DNA of 64,000 bases from Eledone cirrhosa. Lineage: Eukaryota. The DNA is taken from contig OZ024759.1 in assembly GCA_964016885.1 (NCBI GenBank), positions 20,522,001-20,586,000 of the forward strand, read 5' to 3'. The translations under genes were made by a program, and so were the position numbers. A model generated the notes under the pieces. The model searched no databases. It saw only the letters and a program-made list of their open reading frames with translations, and had not been told where the DNA came from. This document shows positions 39,301-48,891 of this stretch, one piece after another (within the stretch, counting starts at the first letter, position 1; each line of letters opens with the position of its first letter).

Positions 39301-42300
39301 GTTCGGTTCGGGTCGGTCATTCGGCTCGGTGATTCGGTTCGGTTCGTTTCGGATCGGTCATTCGGTTCGGGTCGTTCCGTTCGGTTAGGTTCGGGTCGGT
39401 CATTCGGTTCGGTCGTTCCGTTCGGCTCGGTTCTTCGGTCGTTCCGTTCGGCTCGGTTCGGTTCGGTCGTTCCGTTCGGTTCGGTTCGGTTCCCGTCGAT
39501 CATTCGGGTCGGTTCGGTCGTTCCGTTCGGTTCCGTTCGGGTCGGTCATTCGGTCGGTCATTCGGTCGGTTCGGATTGGTCATTCGGTTCGGATCTGTCA
39601 TTAGGTCGGTCATTCAGTTCGGATCGGGTCGGTCATTCGGTTCGGGTCGGTCATTCGGTTCGGTTCGGTCGTTCCGTTCGGTTCGGTTCAGGTCGGACAT
39701 TCGGTTCGTTTCGGTTCCGGTCGATCATTCGGTTCGTTTCGGTTCCGGTCGGTCATTCGGTTCGGTCGTTCCGCTCGGTTCGTGTCGGTTCGGTCGGTCG
39801 TTCGGTTCGGGTCGGTCATTCGGTCGGTTCGGATTGGTCATTCGGTTCGGATCGGTCATTAGGTCGGTCATTCGGTTCGGATCGGGTCGGTCATTCGGTT
39901 CGGTTCCGGTTTGGTCATTCGGTCGGTCATTCGGTCATTCGGTCGGTCATTCGGTTCGATTCGGGTCGGTCATTCGGTTCCGTTCGGTTTGGGTCGGTCA
40001 TTCGGTTCGTGTCGGTCATTTGGTTCGGTTCGGTCGTTCCGTACGGTTCGGTTCAGGTCGGTCATTCGGTTCGTTTCGGTTCCGGTCGATCATTCGGTTC
40101 GGCTCGGTCATTCGGTTCGGTCGTTCCGTTCGGCTCGGTTCGGTTCGGTCGCTCCGTTCGGCTCGGTTCGGTTCGGTCGTTCCGTTCGGCTCGGTTCGGT
40201 TCCCGTCGATCATTCGGTTCGGGTCGGTCGGTTCCGTCGTTCCGTTCGTTTCGGGTCGGTCATTCGGTCGGTTCGGATTGGTCATTCGGTTCGGATCGGT
40301 CATTAGGTCGGTCATTCGGTTCGGATCGGTCATTAGGTCGGTCATTCGGTTCGGTTCGGATCGGGCCGGTCATTCGGTTCGGTTCCGGTTTGGTCATTCG
40401 GTCGGTCATTCGGTTCCGTTCGGTTTGGGTCGGTCATTCGGTTCCGTTCGGGTCGGTCATTCGGTTCCGTTCGGGTCGGTCATTCGGTCGTTCCGTTCGG
40501 TTCGGCCGGTCATTCGGTTCGGTCGTTCCGTTCGGTTCGGTTCAGGTCGATCATTCGGGTCGGTTCTGTCGTTCGGTTCGGGTCGGTCGTTCGGTTCGGG
40601 TCGGTCGTTCGGTTCGGGTCGGTCATTCGGTTGGTTCTGATTGGTCGTTCGGATCGGTCATTCGGGTCGGTCATTCGGCTCGGTCATTCGGTTCGGCTCG
40701 GTCATTCGGTTCGGTCGTTCCGTTCGGTTAGGTTCGGGTCGGTCGTTCCGTTCGGTTCGGTCATTCGGCCGGTCATTCGGTTCGGTTCGGCTCGGTCATT
40801 CGGTTCGGTTCGGTTCGTGTCGGTCATTTGGTTCGGTCGTTCCGTTCGGTTCAGGTCGGTCATTCGGTTCGTTTCGGTTCCGGTCGGTCATTCGGTTCGG
40901 TTCGGCTCGATCATTCGGTTCGGTCTTTCCGTTCGGCTCGGTTCGGTTCGGTTCCCGTCGATCATTCGGGTCGGTTCGGTCGTTCCGTTCGGTTCGGTTC
41001 GGGTCGGTCATTCGGTCGGTTCGGATTGGTCATTCGGCCGGTCATTCGGTTCGGTTCGGGCCGGTCATTCGGTTCGGTTCGGGCCGGTCATTCGGTTCGG
41101 TTCGGGTCGGACATTCGGTTCGGTTCGGTTCAGGTCGGACATTCGGTTCGTTTCGGTTCCGGTCGATCATTCGGTTCGGTTCAGCTGGTCATTCGGTTCG
41201 GTCGTTCCGCTCGATTCGGTTCGGTTCCCGTCGATCATTCGGTTCGTGTCGGTTCGGTCGGTCAGTCGGTTCGGGTCGGTCATTCGGCTCGGTGATTCGG
41301 TTCGGTTCGTTTCGGATCGGTCATTCGGTTCGGGTCGTTCCGTTCGGCTCGGTTCGGTTCGGTCGTTCCGTTCGGCTCGGTTCGGTTCGGTCGTTCCGTT
41401 CGGTTCCCGTCGATCATTCGGGTCGGTTCGGTCGTTCCGTTCGGTTCCGTTCGGGTCGGTCATTCGGTCGGTCATTCGGTCGGTTCGGATTGGTCATTCG
41501 GTTCGGATCTGTCATTAGGTCGGTCATTCAGTTCGGATCGGGTCGGTCATTCGGTTCGGGTCGGTCATTCGGTTCGGTTCGGTCGTTCCGTTCGGTTCGG
41601 TTCAGGTCGGACATTCGGTTCGTTTCGGTTCCGGTCGATCATTCGGTTCGTTTCGGTTCCGGTCGGTCATTCGGTTCGGTCGTTCCGCTCGGTTCGTGTC
41701 GGTTCGGTCGGTCGTTCGGTTCGGGTCGGTCATTCGGTCGGTTCGGATTGGTCATTCGGTTCGGATCGGTCATTAGGTCGGTCATTCGGTTCGGATCGGG
41801 TCGGTCATTCGGTTCGGTTCCGGTTTGGTCATTCGGTCATTCGGTCGGTCATTCGGTTCGATTCGGGTCGGTCATTCGGTTCCGTTCGGTTTGGGTCGGT
41901 CATTCGGTTCGTGTCGGTCATTTGGTTCGGTTCGGTCGTTCCGTACGGTTCGGTTCAGGTCGGTCATTCGGTTCGTTTCGGTTCCGGTCGATCATTCGGT
42001 TCGGCTCGGTCATTCGGTTCGGTCGTTCCGTTCGGCTCGGTTCGGTTCGGTCGCTCCGTTCGGCTCGGTTCGGTTCGGTCGTTCCGTTCGGCTCGGTTCG
42101 GTTCCCGTCGATCATTCGGTTCGGGTCGGTCGGTTCCGTCGTTCCGTTCGTTTCGGGTCGGTCATTCGGTTCGGATCGGTCATTAGGTCGGTCATTCGGT
42201 TCGGTTCGGATCGGGCCGGTCATTCGGTTCGGTTCCGGTTTGGTCATTCGGTCGGTCATTCGGTCGGTCATTCGGTTCCGTTCGGTTTGGGTCGGTCATT

Positions 42301-45300
42301 CGGTTCCGTTCGGGTCGGTCATTCGGTCGTTCCGTTCGGTTCGGCCGGTTATTCGGTTCGGTCGTTCCGTTCGGTTCGGTTCAGGTCGATCATTCGGGTT
42401 GGTTCTGTCGTTCGGTTCGGGTCGGTCGTTCGGTTCGGGTCGGTCGTTCGGTTCGGGTCGGTCATTCGGTTCGGGTCGGTCATTCGGTTGGTTCGGATCG
42501 GTCGTTCGGGTCGGTCATTCGGCTCGGTCATTCGGTTCGGCTCGGTCATTCGGTTCGGTCGTTCCGTTCGGTTAGGTTCGGGTCGGTCGTTCGGTTCGGT
42601 CATTCGGTCGGTCATTCGGCTCGGTTCGGATCGGGCCGGTCATTCGGTTCGGTTCGGCTCGGTCATTCGGTTCGGTTCGTGTCGGTCATTTGGTTCGGTC
42701 GTTCCGTTCGGTTCAGGTCGGTCATTCGGTTCGTTTCGGTTCCGGTCGGTCATTCGGTTCGGTTCGGCTCGATCATTCGGTTCGGTCTTTCCGTTCGGCT
42801 CGGTTCGGTTCGGTTCCCGTCGATCATTAGGGTCGGTTCGGTCGTTCCGTTCGGTTCGGTTCGGGTCGGTCATTCGGTCGGTTCGGATTGGTCATTCGGC
42901 CGGTCATTCGGTTCGGTTCGGGCCGGTCATTCGGTTCGGTTCGGGTCGGTCATTCGGTTCGGTTCGGTTCAGGTCGGACATTCGGTTCGTTTCGGTTCCG
43001 GTCGATCATTCGGTTCGGTTCAGCTGGTCATTCGGTTCGGTCGTTCCGCTCGGTTCGGTTCGGTTCCCGTCGATCATTCGGTTCGTGTCGGTTCGGTCGG
43101 TCGTTCGGTTCGGGTCGGTCATTCGGTCGGTTCGGATTGGTCATTCGGTTCGGATCGGTCATTAGGTCGGTCATTCGGTTCGGATCGGGTCGGTCATTCG
43201 GTTCGGTTCCGGTTTGGTCATTCGGTCGGTCATTCGGTTCGATTCGGGTCGGTCATTCGGTTCCGTTCGGTTCGTGTCGGTCATTCGGTTCGGTCGATCC
43301 GTTCGGTTCGTTTCCGGTCGGTCATTCGGTTCGTTTCCGGTCGGTCATTCGGTTCGGTTCGGCTCGGTCATTCGGTTCGGTTCGTGTCGGTCATTTGGTT
43401 CGGTTCGGTCGTTCCGTTCGGTTCGGTTCAGGTCGGTCATTCGGTTCGTTTCGGTTCCGGTCGATCATTCGGTTCGGCTCGGTCATTCGGTTCGGTCGTT
43501 CCGTTCGGCTCGGTTAGGTTCGGTCGTTCCGTTCGGCTCGGTTCGGTTCGGTCGTTCCGTTCGGTTCGGTTAGGTCGTTCCGTTCGGTTCGGTTCGGTTC
43601 CCGTCGATCATTCGGTTCGGGTCGGTTCGGTCGGTCGGTTCGGTCGTTCCGTTCGTTTCGGGCCGGTCATTCGGTTCGGTTCGGATCGGGTCGGTCATTC
43701 GGTTCGGTTCGGGTCGGTCATTTGGTTCGGTTCGGTCGTTCCGTTCGGTTCGTTTCCGGTCGGTCATTCGGTTCGTTTCCGGTCGGTCATTCGGTTCGGA
43801 TCGGGTCGGTCATTCGGTTCGGTTCGGTTCGTGTCGGTCATTTGGTTCGGTTCGGTCGTTCCGTTCGGTTCGGTTCAAGTCGGTCATTCGGTTCGGTTCC
43901 GGTCGATCATTCGGTTCGGCTCGGTCATTCGGTTCGGTCGTTCCGTTCGGCTCGGTTCGGTTCGGTCGTTCCGTTCGGCTCGGTTCGGTCGTTCCGTTCG
44001 GCTCGGTTCGGTTCCCGTCGATCATTCGGTTCGCGTCGGTCATTAGGTCGGTCATTCGGTTCGGATCGGTCATTAGGTCGGTCATTCGGTTCGGTTCGGA
44101 TCGGGCCGGTCATTCGGTTCGGTTCCGGTTTGGTCATTCGGTCGGTCATTCGGTCGGTCATTCGGTTCCGTTCGGTTTGGGTCGGTCATTCGGTTCCGTT
44201 CGGGTCGGTCATTCGGTCGTTCCGTTCGGTTCGGCCGGTCATTCGGTTCGGTCGTTCCGTTCGGTTCGGTTCAGGTCGATCATTCGGGTCGGTTCTGTCG
44301 TTCGGTTCGGGTCGGTCGTTCGGTTCGGGTCGGTCGTTCGGTTCGGGTCGGTCATTCGGTTGGTTCGGATTGGTCGTTCGGATCGGTCATTCGGTTCGGC
44401 TCGGTCATTCGGTTCGGTCGTTCCGTTCGGTTAGGTTCGGGTCGGTCGTTCCGTTCGGTTCGGTCATTCGGTCGGTCATTCGGCTCGGTTCGGATCGGGC
44501 CGGTCATTCGGTTCGGTTCGGCTCGATCATTCGGTTCGGTTCGGTTCGTGTCGGTCATTGTGTTCGGTCGTTCCGTTCGGTTCAGGTCGGTCATTCGGTT
44601 CGTTTCGGTTCCGGTCGGTCATTCGGTTCGGTCTTTCCGTTCGGCTCGGTTCGGTTCGGTTCCCGTCGATCATTCGGGTCGGTTCGGTCGTTCCGTTCGG
44701 TTCGGTTCGGGTCGGTCATTCGGTCGGTTCGGATTGGTCATTCGGTTCGGATCGGTCATTCGGCTCGGTTCGGTTCGGATCGGTCGTTCGGATCGGGTCG
44801 GTCATTCGGTTCGGTTCGAGTCGGTCATTCGGCCGGTCATTCGGTTCGGTTCGGGCCGGTCATTCGGTTCGGGTCGGTCATTCGGTTCGGTTCGGTTCAG
44901 GTCGGACATTCGGTTCGTTTCGGTTCCGGTCGATCATTCGGTTCGGTTCAGCTGGTCATTCGGTTCGGTCGTTCCGCTCGGTTCGGTTCGGTTCCCGTCG
45001 ATCATTCGGTTCGTGTCGGTTCGGTCGGTCGTTCGGTTCGGGTCGGTCATTCGGTCGGTTCGGATTGGTCATTCGGTTCGGATCGGTCATTAGGTCGGTC
45101 ATTCGGTTCGGATCGGGTCGGTCATTCGGTTCGGTTCCGGTTTGGTCATTCGATCGGTCATTCGGTTCGATTCGGGTCGGTCATTCGGTTCCGTTCGGTT
45201 CGTGTCGGTCATTCGGTTCGGTCGATCCGTTCGGTTCGTTTCCGGTCGGTCATTCGGTTCGGATCGGGTCGGTCATTCGGTTCGGTTCGGCTCGGTCATT

Positions 45301-46129
45301 CGGTTCGGTTCGTGTCGGTCATTTGGTTCGGTTCGGTCGTTCCGTTCGGTTCGGTTCAGGTCGGTCATTCGGTTCGTTTCGGTTCCGGTCGATCATTCGG
45401 TTCGTTTCGGTTCCGGTCGATCATTCGGTTCGGTCGTTCCGTTCGGCTCGGTTAGGTTCGGTCGTTCCGTTCGGCTCGGTTCGGTTCGGTCGTTCCGTTC
45501 GGTTCGGTTCGGTCGTTCCGTTCGGCTCGGTTCGGTTCGGTTCCCGTCGATCATTCGGTTCGGGTCGGTTCGGTCGGTCGGTTCGGTCGTTCCGTTCGTT
45601 TCGGGCCGGTCATTCGGTTCGGTTCGGATCGGGTCGGTCATTCGGTACGGTTCGGGTCGGTCATTTAGGTTCGGTTCGGTCGTTCCGTTCGGTTCGTTTC
45701 CGGTCGGTCATTCCGTTCGGTTCGTTTCCGGTCGGTCATTCGGTACGTTTCCGGTCGGTCATTCGGTTCGGATCGGGTCGGTCATTCGGTTCGGTTCGGT
45801 TCGTGTCGGTCACTTGGTTCGGTTCGGTCGTTCCGTTCGGTTCGGTTCAAGTCGGTCATTCGGTTCGGTTCCGGTCGATCATTCGGTTCGGCTCGGTCAT
45901 TCGGTTCGGTCGTTCCGTTCGGTTCGGTCGTTCCGTTCGGCTCGGTTCGGTTCCCGTCGATCATTCGGTTCGGGTCGGTTCGGTCGTTCCATTCGTTTCG
46001 GGTCGGTCATTCGGTCGGTTCGGATTGGTCATTCGGTTCGGATCGGTCATTAGGTCGGTCATTCGGTTCGGTTCGGATCGGGTCGGTCATTCGGTTCGGT
46101 TCCGGTTTGGTCATTCGGTCTGTCATTCG

Positions 46130-47549
46130 GTTCGGCACGGCAATTCGGTCGGTCATTCGGTTCGGGTCGGTTGTTCGGTTCGTTCCGTTCGGTTCGGTTC
46201 GGCTCGGTTCGGGACGGTCATTCGGTCGGTAATTCGGTTCGGTCGTTCCGTTCGGTTCGGTTCGGGTCGGTAATTCGGTTCGGTCGTTCCGTTCGGTTCG
46301 GTTCGGGTCGGTCATTCGGTCGGTTCGGTTCGGGTCGGTCGTTCGGTCGGTCATTCGGTTCGGTTCGGGTCGGTCATTCGGTTATTCATTCATTCGGTTC
46401 GGTCGTTCGGGTAGGTCGTTCGGTTCGGTTCGGTTCGGTTCGGCTCGGTTCGGATCGGGACGGTCATTCGGTATGTTCGTTCGTTCGGTTCGGGTCGGTC
46501 ATTCGGTCGGTTCGGGTCGGTCGTTCATTTCGGGTCGGTCATTGGGTCGGTCATTCGGTACGGATCGGTCATTCGGCTCGGTTCGGGTCGGAAATTCCGT
46601 CGGTCATTCGGTTCGGTTCGGCTCGGTCATTCGGTCGATCATTCGGTTCGGTTCGGGTCGGTCATTCGGTTCGCGTCGGTCATTCGGTTCGGTTCGGATC
46701 GGTCATTCGGTCGGTCATTCGGTCGGTCATTCGGTTCGGGTCGTTCGGTTCGGTTCAGGTCGGTTCGGTTCCGGTCGGTCGGTCGGTCGGTCATTCGGTT
46801 CGGGTCTTTACTTCGGTCATTCGGTTAGATTCGGGTCTGTCATTCGGTTCGGTTCGAGTCGGTCATTTGGTACGTTTCGGTTCGGGTCCGTCATTCGGTT
46901 CGGTCGGTCATTCGGTTCGGTTGGATCGGTCATTCGGTTCGGTTCCGGTCGATCATTCGGTCGGTCATTCGGTACGGTCGCTCGGTTCGGTACGGTCGCT
47001 CGGTTCGGTCGTTCCGTTCGGTTCCGTTCGGTTCGTGTCGGTCGGTCGGTTCGGTTCGGTCGTTCCGTTCGGTTCGGGTCGGTCATTCGGTCGGTTCGGT
47101 TCGGGTCGGTCGTTCGGTTCGGGTCGCTCATTCGGTCGGTCATTCGGTTCGGATCGGTCTTTCGGTCGGTCATTCGGTCGTTTCGGTTCCGGTTCGGTCA
47201 TTCGGTCGGTCATTCGGTCGGTCATTCGGCTCGGTTCGGGTCGGAAATTCGGTTCGGTTCGGCTCGGTCATTCGGTCGATCATTAGGTTCGGTTCGGGTC
47301 GGTGATTCGGTCGGTCATTCGGTTCGGTTCCGGTCGGTTCGGTTTCGGTCGGTCGGTCATTCGGTTCGGGTCGGTACTTCGGTCATTCGGTTCGGTTCGG
47401 TACTTCGGTCATTCGGTTCGGTTCGGGTCGGTCATTCGGTTCGGTTCGGGTCGGTCATTCGGTTCGGTTCGGGTCGGTCATTCGGTTCGGTCATTAGGTT
47501 CGGTTCGGGTCGGTCATTCGGTCATTCTGTCGGTCATTCGGTTCGGTTC
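46130..47549 (+). repeat. Diverged terminal zone of the GGTTC satellite
   Basis: Private variants I did not see in the array interior (CGGCACGGCAATT, GGGACGGTC, GGAAATTC, GGTACTTC, GGTACGGTCGCTC, GGTTAGATT), and the regular module order is lost. Confidence 0.8.
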
Positions 47550-47791
47550 ATTCACTCAGACCATGCTCGCTGGGAAGGGAGCACTTCCCTCTCCACCCTG
47601 ATTTTCCTTTTCAAATAATAACAAAACACCAACACTAATAGTAACAATAATGATGATATTAACAGTAAAAATAACAACAAAGATGGCACCTTTAACATTT
47701 TTGAGATTGTTTATTCCTCTCCTGAGTGTGTTTTAATATAGTAGAATATTGATTAAAGCAGACTATTGACTATTTTTTCCAACACTGATTT

Positions 47792-48279
47792 AACACACAC
47801 ACGGTGACACACTTACTCTCTGACAAGCACACACACACACACTCTGACAAGCAAAGCACACACACACACACTCTGACAAGCAAAGCACACACACACACAC
47901 ACACACACAATCTCTCTGACAAGCACACACACACTTACGTACTGAACGCACACTCACTGACATACTCATACACACTTACATACTGAACACACACACTTAC
48001 ACTGACGTACTCACACACATACTGACACACAAACACACATACTGACACACAAACACACATACTGACACACACACTGGCACATATTCAATTACTCACATAC
48101 ATACAATTACTCACATGCATGCACACTCAGACACACATTCACTTACACACATACATACACAGGCATGCACACACTCACACTGCACCCCCCCCCCCCCGAC
48201 ACACACTCACTCACTCACTCACTTATACACACACACACACACACACACACACCACACACACACACACACACACCACACA

Positions 48280-48340
<61 letters not shown>

Positions 48341-48476
48341 CACTCACTCACACTTATATACACACACACACACTCACAAAGACACACACACACACTCACA
48401 CACACACATACTCACACACACACACTTATACACACACACACTCACACTTATACACACACACTCACTCACTCACTCA

Positions 48477-48526
<50 letters not shown>

Positions 48527-48635
48527 TATACACACACACACACACACACTCACAAAGACACACACACGTACACACTCACACCCACACACACATTCTGACC
48601 CACCCACCTACAGACATACATTAACACATACACAC
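47792..48635. repeat. Compound (CA)n microsatellite tract with CTCA/CTGA interruptions
   Basis: Long (CA)n runs, (CTCA)n and a C13 run at 48,185. An internal duplication is marked by CTCACAAAGACACAC at 48,373 and 48,549. Confidence 0.95.
47817..47932. repeat. Short minisatellite CTCTGACAAGC(AAAG)-(CA)n, 4 copies
   Basis: CTCTGACAAGC recurs near 47,818, 47,842, 47,872 and 47,914, separated by variable (CA)n spacers. Confidence 0.85.
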
Positions 48636-48720
48636 CTTTTATAACATATCTATCTCTTTCATCCTCTCACTTATCTCATCTTTTCTCTTTCTTTCTCTTA
48701 TTTCTTTCTTCTTTCCTTTC

Positions 48721-48850
48721 TTCCCTACATATATATCCTTCCCTCTCTCACCATGTCATTCCCTACATATATATCCTCCTCCCCCTCTCACCATGTCATT
48801 CCCTACTTATATATCCCCCCCCTCTCACCAGGTCATTCTCTACCATATAT
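48721..48850. repeat. Degenerate ~37-40-bp minisatellite (CCCTCTCACCATGTCATTCCCTACATATATATC...), ~3 copies
   Basis: CCATGTCATT at 48,751 and 48,791 (period 40), and CCAGGTCATTCTCTACCATATAT at 48,828. Confidence 0.85.
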
Positions 48851-48891
48851 TTCTTTACATATCTATCCTTTCCTCTCTCTCTTCCCATTTA

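Larger units (their letters stand above)
1..47549 (+). repeat. Large complex satellite array based on (GGTTC)n with interspersed GGTC, GGTCATTC and GGTCGTTCCGTTC words; runs off the left edge of the window
   Basis: Seen directly: continuous GGTTC/GGGTC/GGATC/GGCTC pentamers and GGTC/ATTC/GTTC tetramers. The strand orientation is constant, with only a few A per 60-nt line and about 10 CpG per line. It ends at ...CATTCGGTTCGGTTC|ATTCACTCAGACC near 47,549. Confidence 0.98.

Noticed and set aside
1-47549. Functional telomere at the left end
   Set aside because: The polarity is wrong (the G-rich strand points toward the internal unique DNA). The array is also heterogeneous with kb-scale duplications, unlike telomerase-made repeats.
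1-47549. Nuclear-receptor half sites (GGTCA) and G-quadruplex potential
   Set aside because: The half sites are almost always CGGTCA rather than RGGTCA. G-runs are mostly GG, giving at best weak two-tier quadruplexes, and nothing else supports a function.
30-47618. Many long ORFs (up to ~1,190 aa) of RFGSV/GHSVR repeats on + and TEPNR/MTDPN repeats on -
   Set aside because: The + strand has almost no A, so stop codons are rare. All three frames are open and give the same pentapeptide-type repeats, as expected from a 5-mer satellite. Indels between copies ignore frame, and there is no domain or codon structure.
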